Below the pieces are notes generated by a model. That model was not told where the DNA came from. It worked only from the letters and a program-made list of their open reading frames with translations, and made no database searches. A program made the position numbers and the translations under genes. A stretch of 64,000 nt of DNA from contig JAHITE010000048.1 in NCBI GenBank assembly GCA_018817585.1, positions 2,100-66,099 of the forward strand, read 5' to 3'. Source of the stretch: Candidatus Omnitrophota bacterium. Lineage in GTDB: Bacteria; Omnitrophota; Gorgyraeia; B26-G9. Of the stretch, positions 1 to 9,502 are shown one piece after another (within the stretch, counting starts at the first letter, position 1; every line of letters begins with the position of its first letter).

Positions 1-1116
1 ACCCAGGATTTTGATGGAATATTACTTGATTTAACCTTACCGGACAGCAATGGTTTGGAAACTGTGCGCAGCGTGCATGCTCAGGCAGCGAATATTCCGA
101 TTATTGTTTTAACTGGTGTTGATGATGAGCATATCGCTACTAATGCTGTGCGGGAAGGCGCTCAGGATTATATTGTTAAAGGCAGCGCGGATATTAATGG
201 CTTGATTCGCTCGGTATTATACGCGATTGAGCGCAAACACGCTGAAGAAGAGCTGCGCCGGGCCCGCGATGAATTAGAGCTTAGAGTAATAGAGCGCACA
301 GAAGAATTGCAGCGGATAAATGAATTTTTAGCCAAAGAAGTAGAAGAGCGTAAAGAAACTGAGAATCAATTGCGGATTGCTAACAGCCGACTCAAGGAAA
401 CCCAGGCGCAGCTGATTCAAGCAGCGAAAATGGAAGTTGTCGGCGGTTTGGCCAGCGGGGTCGCGCATGAAGTTAAAAATCCTTTGGCAATTATTTTGCA
501 GGGAGTGGAATATCTTGAACGGAAAACCGATAAAGATGATAAGTCCGTAGCCACGACCATAGGTTTTATCCGCAACGCGGTAGAGCGCGCGGATAATATT
601 GTCCGCGGCTTAATGGATTTTTCCAGCATATCGCAGCTGAATATGGAAAATCAGCAGATTGTGCCGATTATTGAAAAAGCGTTAATGCTGTTAAAACATC
701 AATTTGATAAGCAGCATATAAAACTAGTTAAAAAGTTCGCGGATAATCTGCCGGAATTATTAATTGATCGAAATAAAATTGAGCAGGTTTTTCTGAATTT
801 GCTGATGAACGCGGCGGATGCTATGGAACAAGGCGGCATATTGACGGTTTCGATATATCGGCAAACGCGGGAACAGGCAAACTCAGAGAGAAAAAACGAA
901 GTTTTAATTGTCCAGATTATTGATCAGGGCACAGGGATTTCCGATAAAGTTAAAGACAGTATTTTTGATCCATTTTTTACGACTAAAAGAACTAAAGGCG
1001 GAACAGGCTTAGGCCTGCCAATTGTCCGCAATATATTGGAAACTCATAAAGCAGTTATTGAGATTAAGAATAACCCGGACAGAGGCGCGCAGGTATTAAT
1101 TAGATTTGCCTTATAA
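1..1116 (+). CDS. Hybrid REC-coiled coil-HisKA-HATPase sensor kinase, 5' partial
   Basis: Frame is open from base 1 (TQDFDGILLDLTLPDSNGLE, receiver core). H-box AHEVKNPL, N-box NLLMNAADA, F/G2 DPFFTTK..GTGLGL. Confidence 0.9.
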   Translation, partial: TQDFDGILLDLTLPDSNGLETVRSVHAQAANIPIIVLTGVDDEHIATNAVREGAQDYIVKGSADINGLIRSVLYAIERKHAEEELRRARDELELRVIERTEELQRINEFLAKEVEERKETENQLRIANSRLKETQAQLIQAAKMEVVGGLASGVAHEVKNPLAIILQGVEYLERKTDKDDKSVATTIGFIRNAVERADNIVRGLMDFSSISQLNMENQQIVPIIEKALMLLKHQFDKQHIKLVKKFADNLPELLIDRNKIEQVFLNLLMNAADAMEQGGILTVSIYRQTREQANSERKNEVLIVQIIDQGTGISDKVKDSIFDPFFTTKRTKGGTGLGLPIVRNILETHKAVIEIKNNPDRGAQVLIRFAL

Positions 1117-1134
1117 AATATAGGAGTATAAGCA

Positions 1135-1509
1135 ATGGAAAAAATAAAAGTTTTAATTGTCGATGATGAGCCTAATTTTACGCAAATGCTAAAACTTAAT
1201 CTGGAAGCAACCGGAGGATATATTGTTCGGGTGGAAAATCAGGGGTCTAAAGCAGGAGAAGCCGCGCGGAGTTTTATGCCCGGAATAATTTTTTTAGATA
1301 TTGTTATGCCGGATATGGATGGATCGCAGATTCTGGCAATGTTCCGGGAAGACGCGATGCTTAAAAATGTTCCGGTGGTTTTTTTAACTGCTTTGGTGAC
1401 AAAAGATGAATTATCGATGGATGGTTCCTTTATTGCCGGCAATGCTTTTTTAGCCAAACCAGTTACAACTGAGCAAATGGTTAGCTGTATTAAAGATTTG
1501 GTAAAATAA
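1135..1509 (+). CDS. Single-domain response regulator receiver
   Basis: LIVDDE, LDIVMPDMDG, FLTA, AKP; RBS AGGAG. Confidence 0.9.
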   Translation: MEKIKVLIVDDEPNFTQMLKLNLEATGGYIVRVENQGSKAGEAARSFMPGIIFLDIVMPDMDGSQILAMFREDAMLKNVPVVFLTALVTKDELSMDGSFIAGNAFLAKPVTTEQMVSCIKDLVK

Positions 1510-1527
1510 GCTGATAAGGGGAAGCTA

Positions 1528-1917
1528 ATGTCAAAGAAAAAAGTGCTGTTAATTGATGATGAAGAAAACTTTTGTTTTTTAGTTAAACAAAATTTAGAAG
1601 AAACAAAGGAGTTTATAGTCGAATATGCCAATGATCCGGATAAGGGGATTAAATTGGCGAAAAAGCTAATTCCAGAGGTTATTTTACTGGATATTACTAT
1701 GCCGAAAAAAAGCGGTTTGCAGGTTCTGGAAATTATTAAACAGGATGCTAAAACCATGGCAATTCCGATAATAATGCTCACGGCTCTTTCCGATGATAAT
1801 ACTAAATTAAAAGCTTCTTATTTATACGGAGATGATTATGTTGTAAAGCCAGTTCCGTTCGATGTATTAAAAGCGAAAATTGAGGAAGTTATAGACAGAC
1901 ATAGTAAACTTAGATAA
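1528..1917 (+). CDS. Single-domain response regulator receiver
   Basis: LLIDDE, LDITMPKKSG, MLTA, VKP. Confidence 0.9.
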   Translation: MSKKKVLLIDDEENFCFLVKQNLEETKEFIVEYANDPDKGIKLAKKLIPEVILLDITMPKKSGLQVLEIIKQDAKTMAIPIIMLTALSDDNTKLKASYLYGDDYVVKPVPFDVLKAKIEEVIDRHSKLR

Positions 1918-1935
1918 TCAAAGAAAGGGGTATTT

Positions 1936-2325
1936 ATGTCTTTTTTTGCCAGCGTTCTTATTGTTGACGATGAAGAAGATTTTTGCCATTTACTTAAGAA
2001 AAATTTGGAAGCAACCGGTGAATTTAAAGTATTTTTTGCCCATAATGGACAGGATGGGATGACTTTAGCGCATATCGAACAGCCGGATATTATCTTATTA
2101 GATGTAATGATGCCGGATATTTCCGGAGCAGAGGTAGCGAATATTCTAAAAAAAGATGAAAAAGTCAGCGATATTCCGATAATTTTTCTCACGGCGATTA
2201 TTAAAAAAGATGAGATTGGCGTAGAACCAATGCGTAAAATTGGGGCGCATCGTTATATTGCCAAGCCAATAAAAACGCAAACTCTGGTAGAGTGTATTAA
2301 AGAAACAATAAACGCAAAAAAATGA
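1936..2325 (+). CDS. Single-domain response regulator receiver
   Basis: LIVDDE, LDVMMPDISG, FLTA, AKP. Confidence 0.9.
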   Translation: MSFFASVLIVDDEEDFCHLLKKNLEATGEFKVFFAHNGQDGMTLAHIEQPDIILLDVMMPDISGAEVANILKKDEKVSDIPIIFLTAIIKKDEIGVEPMRKIGAHRYIAKPIKTQTLVECIKETINAKK

Positions 2326-2501
2326 TCGCAGTCCTTGCGTCATTAATATCCGCGCGATGTCATTCTAAAAAAGCTTATCCAGCAAACGCGCTTGATATAA
2401 ACGCCGGCAGTTGACAGTAAAACTAGGAATATCTTTTAATTAGAATTAATGCTGGTGAATTGTTCGCGTAAGGATTATGAATAAAAAAAGGGGAATTATT
2501 T

Positions 2502-5003
2502 ATGTCTAAACAAAGTACAAATAAATCATGGGTAACTGTTAATCGGGAAATGAGTCAAAAGGGCATAGAAATCTCTTTCCAGGATAACCGGCAATATGCT
2601 TTGGCCAAGGATCAGTATGCCGCTACTTTGCATGACAATTTTCTCGCTGTTTCCCTGGCGATTCGTGACCGCTTGGTTGAACGCTGGATTGTCACGCAGC
2701 AGGGATATCATAAAAATAATCTTAAGCGGGTTTATTATCTTTCCATGGAATTTTTAATCGGCCGGCTGTTAGGCAATAATATTTTAAATCTCGGCTTAAC
2801 GGATCAGGCCTATAATGCTATGGAAGATTTAGGGCTAGATCCAAATCAGATAGTTGATCAGGAATCAGATGCTGGTTTGGGTAATGGCGGTTTGGGTCGG
2901 CTGGCAGCTTGTTTTCTTGATTCAATGGCAACCTTAGCAATTCCGGCATATGGGTATGGGATTAGATATGATTATGGAATTTTTAATCAGAAAATAATTG
3001 ATGGTTATCAAGTTGAATCTCCGGATGAATGGCTAAAACTCGGCAATCCTTGGGAATTCTGCCGTCCGGAATATACTGTAAAAATTCGCTTTTACGGCAA
3101 AACCCGGACTTATCAGGATCGGCATGGCCGATTGCGCGTGCATTGGGCGGATACTAAAGATGTTTTAGCTGTGCCTTATGATATGCCGGTGCCGGGTTAT
3201 AAGAATGATGTGATTAATACTCTGCGTTTATGGTCCGCGCGCAGTGCTGAAGAATTTGATTTTGAATATTTCAATGACGGCGATTATGAACGGGCGGTTT
3301 ATAATCAGGTAATTTCGGAAAATATTTCCAAGGTTTTATATCCTAATGATATTATTATTCAGGGAAAAGAACTGCGTTTGCAGCAGGAGTATTTTTTTAC
3401 CGCGGCTTCGATTTCCGATATTATTCGCAGGTTTAAAGTCGATAATAATGATATCCGGCAATTGCATGAAAAAGCCGCTATTCAGTTAAACGATACGCAT
3501 CCGGCTTTGGCTATAGTTGAACTGATGCGGATTTTGGTTGATGAAGAAGAAATGGAATGGGACGCGGCCTGGCATATTACGGTCAATACCTGCGCGTATA
3601 CTAATCACACGATGATGCCTGAGGCTTTAGAATCCTGGTCAGTGGAATTGTTTGAAAAACTTTTGCCGCGTCACTTGCAATTGATTTATGAAATCAATCG
3701 CCGGTTTTTAAGGGAAGTGGCTAATCGTTATCCCTGGGATATTTTACGTCAGGCCAGAATGTCAATCATTGAAGAAGGCAATCCTAAACATATTCGGATG
3801 GCTTATTTATCGATCATCGGCAGTCATTCAGTAAATGGGGTGTCGCCTTTGCATTCGGAGTTAATCAAAAATCAGCTGTTCAAAGATTTTAATGATGTCT
3901 GGCCGGAAAAGTTTAACAATAAAACTAATGGAGTTACCCAGAGGAGATGGCTGGCCAAAGCGAATCCGAGATTAGCAGATTTGATTACCAGCAAAATCGG
4001 CGACAACTGGATATCTAATCTGACGGAGTTAGACAAGCTTACGCCGCTTTGCGAAGACGCGGAGTTTCGTCAGCAGTGGCAGGCAGTGAAAGCGCGGAAT
4101 AAACAGGATTTAGCCGCGTATATTAAACAGACAACAGCGGTAAGTGTTAATCCGGATTCTTTGTTTGATGTTCAGGTTAAACGGATTCATGAGTATAAAC
4201 GTCAGTTTATGTTTGGCTTGTATATTATCCGGCAGTATTTAAAAATAAAGAAAGATCCAAATTCAGTTGTTGTGCCCAGAACATTTATTTTTAGCGGGAA
4301 AGCGGCGCCAGGTTATTTTATGGCGAAGTTGATTATTAAATTTATTAACCGGATCGCGGATATTGTGAATAATGATCGGGGAGTAAAGGATTTATTAAAA
4401 GTAGTTTTCTTAGAAAATTACCGGGTTTCTTTGGCTGAGAGAATTTTTCCGGCCAGTGATTTGTCGGAGCAGATATCAACCGCGGGAACAGAAGCCTCAG
4501 GAACGGGATGCATGAAGTTCATGATGAATGGCGCCCTGACCATCGGCACTTTAGATGGAGCAAATATTGATATTAAAAAAGCCGCTGGTGATGAAAATAT
4601 ATTTATCTTTGGTTTGCGCGAGCATGAAGTTCAGGAATTAAAGCGTAATGGATATTACCCCCCGGAATATATTAACCGGTCGCCGATGTTAAAAGCGGTT
4701 TTGGATTTAATTAAAAGTCATTTCTTTTGCCCTCTTGATCCAGAGCTTTTTGATCCATTAATCAATAGTTTAATCAACCAGGATTATTTCATGGTTTGCG
4801 CGGATTTTGATGCTTATTGCGCTATGCAGGATAAGGTTTCTGAGGCATTTAAAGACCAGGAGACTTGGCTTAAAAAATCGATTGTCAATGTGGCTAAATC
4901 AGGAGAATTTTCCAGCGATAATTCCATAGCGCGCTACGCGCAGGAAATCTGGCAAGTGCCTTATCGGATTGCGGCAAATCAGCAGCAAAATAAAGATAAA
5001 TAA
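2502..5003 (+). CDS. glgP: Glycogen/alpha-glucan phosphorylase
   Basis: GLGNGGLGRLAACFLDS, QLNDTHP, KRIHEYKRQ, PLP-lysine motif EASGTGCMKFMMNG. Confidence 0.97.
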   Translation: MSKQSTNKSWVTVNREMSQKGIEISFQDNRQYALAKDQYAATLHDNFLAVSLAIRDRLVERWIVTQQGYHKNNLKRVYYLSMEFLIGRLLGNNILNLGLTDQAYNAMEDLGLDPNQIVDQESDAGLGNGGLGRLAACFLDSMATLAIPAYGYGIRYDYGIFNQKIIDGYQVESPDEWLKLGNPWEFCRPEYTVKIRFYGKTRTYQDRHGRLRVHWADTKDVLAVPYDMPVPGYKNDVINTLRLWSARSAEEFDFEYFNDGDYERAVYNQVISENISKVLYPNDIIIQGKELRLQQEYFFTAASISDIIRRFKVDNNDIRQLHEKAAIQLNDTHPALAIVELMRILVDEEEMEWDAAWHITVNTCAYTNHTMMPEALESWSVELFEKLLPRHLQLIYEINRRFLREVANRYPWDILRQARMSIIEEGNPKHIRMAYLSIIGSHSVNGVSPLHSELIKNQLFKDFNDVWPEKFNNKTNGVTQRRWLAKANPRLADLITSKIGDNWISNLTELDKLTPLCEDAEFRQQWQAVKARNKQDLAAYIKQTTAVSVNPDSLFDVQVKRIHEYKRQFMFGLYIIRQYLKIKKDPNSVVVPRTFIFSGKAAPGYFMAKLIIKFINRIADIVNNDRGVKDLLKVVFLENYRVSLAERIFPASDLSEQISTAGTEASGTGCMKFMMNGALTIGTLDGANIDIKKAAGDENIFIFGLREHEVQELKRNGYYPPEYINRSPMLKAVLDLIKSHFFCPLDPELFDPLINSLINQDYFMVCADFDAYCAMQDKVSEAFKDQETWLKKSIVNVAKSGEFSSDNSIARYAQEIWQVPYRIAANQQQNKDK

Positions 5004-5009
5004 ACAATT

Positions 5010-5636
5010 ATGCAGAGAATAAATAATTTATTCTCCAGGGTCTATAAAAAGCAATCTCCGCGTCAACCGTATGTTTTAGGGCTTAGCGGCAGTCCGAGAA
5101 TTCAGGGAAACTCGGAAATTCTCTTGGACAAAGCTTTGTCCGGCGCGGTTAGCAGCGGCGCGCGAATTGAAAAAATCCGGATAAATGATTGTAAGTTTAT
5201 TGCTTGCCAGGATTGTGAAAATGTGCGCAATGATGGCTATTGTTCAATTAATGATCAATTTCAAAAAATTTACCAGGCGATTCAAAAAGCCGATATTATT
5301 TTTTTAAGCAGTCCGATATATTTTGGCAGTCTGACTGCTCAGACAAAAATGTTGATTGATCGTTTTCAATGTCATTGGCGGGCAGTTAATCAGTTTAAAA
5401 CTTTACCTCAGGAGGTTAAAAAACAGGGTTATTTTTTATCTATCCAGGCTGAGGCTAGAGATGTTTTTTTTACTAATGCTGCTTTAATCGTGCGAAATTT
5501 CTTTGCTACCGCGGGGATTAAGTATTGCGGGGAATTGTTTTGCCCTGGAGTGGAAGAAAAGGGGATGATTAGCCAATACCCGGATAAATTGAATCAGGCA
5601 TTTGTTTTAGGAGAAAATTTGTATTGCCGGATTTAA
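5010..5636 (+). CDS. Iron-sulfur flavoprotein / NADPH-dependent FMN reductase family
   Basis: GSPRIQGNS, CxxCxxCxxxxxC, SPIYFGS..K.LIDR. Confidence 0.85.
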   Translation: MQRINNLFSRVYKKQSPRQPYVLGLSGSPRIQGNSEILLDKALSGAVSSGARIEKIRINDCKFIACQDCENVRNDGYCSINDQFQKIYQAIQKADIIFLSSPIYFGSLTAQTKMLIDRFQCHWRAVNQFKTLPQEVKKQGYFLSIQAEARDVFFTNAALIVRNFFATAGIKYCGELFCPGVEEKGMISQYPDKLNQAFVLGENLYCRI

Positions 5637-5672
5637 GCAAGAAAATATAAATATTGTGAGAATGGAATAATT

Positions 5673-6662
5673 ATGAGAAAAAGACATTTTTTAATCATTG
5701 GAGTATTTTTATCCTGCTTTTTAATTTGGCCGCAAACTGGTTGGACAGCGCAAAAAATTCTTCTAGCCGTATTCTATGAGATCCCTGATTACTTGATAAC
5801 CCTCCAGGCTTTTAAAGCCGGGCTTGCTCAGGCGGCAAAACAGCAGGGCAAGGAACTTGAATGGCTGGAATTAAAGCAGTTAGATGGTAATATTCATGAT
5901 TTCATTTCTAAATTAAAGGAAATCGAAAATACGATTGATTTGGTTTTTGTCGCTGGAACACCGACGGCTATGGCGGTGCTTGAGTCGGGAATAAAAAAGC
6001 CTGTATTATTCGCGGCAGTGGCTAATCCGAAAAAAGCCAAGCTGGTGGATAATTTGCATTCACCGGGCCGCAATTTTACCGGAATATATTGCGCGGTTTC
6101 CGCAAACCGTCAACTGCAGACAATATTGAGTTCATTTCCGGAAATAAAGAATATTACAATTATTTATAATCCATTTGATCCCGCGCCGACGGCACAGGTT
6201 GAGGAATGGTTTAAAGCAGTTATGGTTCGCAAAGATCTGGATATTAAATTTAACAAGATTAAAATCCCGGAACAAGTAAATAGTGCGCAGTCAATGCGGG
6301 AATTTATGAATACATTAGATAAGACAATGGATATATTGATTACTACCGCGGATGCGAAAATATCAAGCTATGGAGAAGCAATAATTCAAGTTGCTAATCA
6401 GAATAATATTCCGGTTTACAGCAGTTTAAACAGTATGGTTGAAGCGGGAGCTTTATTTTCTCTAGGATTTAAATTTAAGCAGGCAGCGGAGCAGCTCAGT
6501 GTTAGCCAGGCTTTAAGGATATTAAACGGAACATTGCCCCAGGATATTCCGGTGTGTACTTTACCGGAATATAATTTAGTGATTAACTTAAAAACCGCAA
6601 AGCAGATAGGCATTAAATTTCCGGAAAAAATCCTACAAGAAGCAGATCAAATAATCCAATAA
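5673..6662 (+). CDS. ABC-type substrate-binding protein (ABC_sub_bind family), orphan
   Basis: Signal peptide; PGRNFTG and C-terminal LVINLKTAKQIGIKFP..ILQEAD. Confidence 0.85.
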   Translation: MRKRHFLIIGVFLSCFLIWPQTGWTAQKILLAVFYEIPDYLITLQAFKAGLAQAAKQQGKELEWLELKQLDGNIHDFISKLKEIENTIDLVFVAGTPTAMAVLESGIKKPVLFAAVANPKKAKLVDNLHSPGRNFTGIYCAVSANRQLQTILSSFPEIKNITIIYNPFDPAPTAQVEEWFKAVMVRKDLDIKFNKIKIPEQVNSAQSMREFMNTLDKTMDILITTADAKISSYGEAIIQVANQNNIPVYSSLNSMVEAGALFSLGFKFKQAAEQLSVSQALRILNGTLPQDIPVCTLPEYNLVINLKTAKQIGIKFPEKILQEADQIIQ

Positions 6663-6685
6663 AATTTAAAAAGGTTAAGATTAGA

Positions 6686-9346
6686 ATGAATCCAGACAGC
6701 CGTGAATTAACTCCGATGATGCACCAGTATCTTCAGATAAAAAACACACATCAGGACGCGATATTATTTTTTCGTTTAGGCGATTTTTATGAAATGTTTT
6801 TCGATGATGCTAAAATCGCTTCACCTATTTTAGGCCTTACCCTTACTGCTAGAGGCGTTGGTGATAATCGTGTGCCGATGTGCGGAATTCCTTTTCATGC
6901 CGCGGAAAATTATATTAACCGCTTAATAAATGCTGGCCATAAAGTCGCGATTTGCGAACAGCTCAGCGATCCGAAAGCCGCTAAAGGGATTGTAAAAAGA
7001 GATATTGTGCGGATTATTACTCCCGGAACGCTGATTGGCCAGAGCATGCTTGAAGGCAAAGCAAATAATTATCTGGTAAGTATCTTTCATCACTCTGAGC
7101 AGGAATATGGTCTGGCGGTCGCGGATTTATCTACCGGAGAATTTAAAGTTACCCAGCTGAATCAACAACATCGTTTGCTGGGTGAACTGATCAGATTATC
7201 TCCGGCGGAAGTAATTTTGTCCGCCAGTCTTAAGACAGATAAGAATTTAGTTGAAAAAATAAACCTCAGTATTCAGACTATGATCAGCGATGTTGAGGAC
7301 TGGGCTTTTGACCGCGCGGCGAGTTATGATAAATTAATCAAGCATTTTAAAACTCAGAATCTGCAGGGCTTTGGCTGTGAAGACATGCCGCTGGCGGTGT
7401 GTGCTGCCGGAGCCTTGTTGCGCTATTTAGAGCAAACCCAGAAAACCCAACTAAAGCATATTAATAAAATCAGGCCTTATTCCCTGAATAAAATTATGAT
7501 CTTAGACGGCGTTGCCCAGCGCAATCTGGAATTAACCAGGACAATGCGCGGAGCGAAAAAAGGCAGTTTGCTCGAAGAATTAAATTATACTAATGTTCCC
7601 ATGGGCAGCCGCTTATTAACTAATTGGATTCAGCAGCCTTTATTGGATATTAGTCAGATTAATAAAAGATTGGATGCGGTAGAAGAACTTAAGAATGATC
7701 AGGCTTTGCGCAATAGTCTGCAGGCGGAACTTAAGGAAATTGGAGATATTGAACGCCTGCTCAGCCGGATAAGCTTGGGCGCGGCTAATGCCAGAGATGT
7801 GTTTAGTTTGAACAATTCTTTAAAAATAATTCCCAGGCTTAAAGCTTTGCTGGATAAATCAAGCAGCAGTTTATTAATTGATTTGCAGTCTGGACTGGAT
7901 GAACATTCTGATCTAGTGGATTTGCTGGAGCAGTCAATCCGGGCAGATGCTCCGCTGTCGACTAAAGAAGGACGAATGATTAAACCCGGGTTTAATCAGG
8001 AACTGGATGAGCTGATCGCGATTACTTGCGGAGGTAAAGATTGGCTGGCAGCTTTACAGCAAAAGGAAATCCAGCGTACCGGGATTTCTTCCTTAAAGAT
8101 AAAATATAATAAAGTATTCGGCTATTATATTGAAGTAACCAATGCTAATCTGACTCTGGTGCCGGATGATTATACCCGTAAACAGACCTTGGTCAATGCC
8201 GAGCGATTTACTACTTTGGAATTAAAGGAACAGGAAGAGAAAATTTTATCTGCTCAGGATAAAATGCTGGATTTAGAATTACAGATATTTATAAAAATCT
8301 GCGGCCAAATTATTGATCAGCTTTCGCTGATTCAGAAAAGCGCTGGGTTTATTGCTGTGCTTGATGTGCTAAATGGTTTGGCCACGGCAGCAGCGAATAA
8401 TAATTATACTCGCCCTGAGCTGAGCGATGATTCAAAAATTAATATCAAAAACGGCCGGCATCCTGTATTGGAAAATCTGCTCAGCAGAAATAAATTCATT
8501 CCCAATGATACACTGCTTGATACGCGGGATAATCAGGTGATGATTATTACCGGGCCGAATATGGCGGGTAAATCCACATATATTCGTCAGGTTGCTTTAA
8601 TAATTCTCATGGCTCAGATCGGCAGTTTTGTGCCCGCGGAGCAAGCCCGGATCGGGATCGTGGATAGAATTTTTACCCGGATTGGCGCGGCAGATGATAT
8701 TAGCGCCGGGATGAGTACCTTTATGATGGAAATGAGTGAAACCGCTAATATTTTAAACAATGCTACTGCCCGAAGTTTGATTATTCTTGATGAAATCGGA
8801 CGCGGTACCAGTACTTTTGACGGCTTAAGTATTGCCTGGGCAACCGCGGAATATCTGCATGAAAATCAGGCCGCGAAAGCAAAGACTTTATTTGCCACGC
8901 ATTATCATGAATTAGCGGAAATGGAAATGATGTTTAAGGGCATTAAAAATTATAATGTTTCAGTAAGAGAGTGGAACGATGAAGTAATCTTTTTATATAA
9001 ACTAATCCAGGGACAAGCCGATCATTCCTATGGGATTCATGTGGCCAGATTAGCTGGTTTGCCTAAGCAGGTAATTAACCGGGCACGGGAAATTTTAGGC
9101 AATTTGGAGATTAACAGTATTTCCAGCAATGGCATTCCCAGTTTAGTGCAATCAGATATAAATAAGAAAAAAAAGCAGGAAGTCCAGCCGGAATTATTCA
9201 GTCAAAAAGAAAATATTTTGATTAGTAAAATCAGGGCAATTGATTTAAATCAGCTTAGTCCGATTGAGGCCTTGAATTTACTTGATCAATGGAAGCAGGA
9301 AATAGAGAACATAAAACCGAAGGATGATGGACGATCGCTACGCTAG
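6686..9346 (+). CDS. mutS: DNA mismatch repair protein MutS
   Basis: TPMMHQY, FFRLGDFYEMF, GPNMAGKST, DEIGRGTST, FATHYHEL. Confidence 0.98.
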   Translation: MNPDSRELTPMMHQYLQIKNTHQDAILFFRLGDFYEMFFDDAKIASPILGLTLTARGVGDNRVPMCGIPFHAAENYINRLINAGHKVAICEQLSDPKAAKGIVKRDIVRIITPGTLIGQSMLEGKANNYLVSIFHHSEQEYGLAVADLSTGEFKVTQLNQQHRLLGELIRLSPAEVILSASLKTDKNLVEKINLSIQTMISDVEDWAFDRAASYDKLIKHFKTQNLQGFGCEDMPLAVCAAGALLRYLEQTQKTQLKHINKIRPYSLNKIMILDGVAQRNLELTRTMRGAKKGSLLEELNYTNVPMGSRLLTNWIQQPLLDISQINKRLDAVEELKNDQALRNSLQAELKEIGDIERLLSRISLGAANARDVFSLNNSLKIIPRLKALLDKSSSSLLIDLQSGLDEHSDLVDLLEQSIRADAPLSTKEGRMIKPGFNQELDELIAITCGGKDWLAALQQKEIQRTGISSLKIKYNKVFGYYIEVTNANLTLVPDDYTRKQTLVNAERFTTLELKEQEEKILSAQDKMLDLELQIFIKICGQIIDQLSLIQKSAGFIAVLDVLNGLATAAANNNYTRPELSDDSKINIKNGRHPVLENLLSRNKFIPNDTLLDTRDNQVMIITGPNMAGKSTYIRQVALIILMAQIGSFVPAEQARIGIVDRIFTRIGAADDISAGMSTFMMEMSETANILNNATARSLIILDEIGRGTSTFDGLSIAWATAEYLHENQAAKAKTLFATHYHELAEMEMMFKGIKNYNVSVREWNDEVIFLYKLIQGQADHSYGIHVARLAGLPKQVINRAREILGNLEINSISSNGIPSLVQSDINKKKKQEVQPELFSQKENILISKIRAIDLNQLSPIEALNLLDQWKQEIENIKPKDDGRSLR

Positions 9347-9469
9347 GACGCAAAAACAGTTATGAATTATGAATTAAAAAACAAAGAAAAAACAGCTTGT
9401 AAGTTCAAAAGCAGTTAATTCATAACTTATAATTCATAATTCATAACTATTAACTATTAACTATAATCA
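9321..9469. repeat. Composite heptamer-period repeat array with inverted arms
   Basis: GGATGAT-GGACGAT, then TTATGAA x2, then the inverted AATTCAT-AACTTAT-AATTCAT-AATTCAT-AACTATT-AACTATT-AACTATA. Confidence 0.8.
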
Positions 9470-9502
9470 GGGATAAGCAACTATATTAGGACAAGACATG
9501 TT

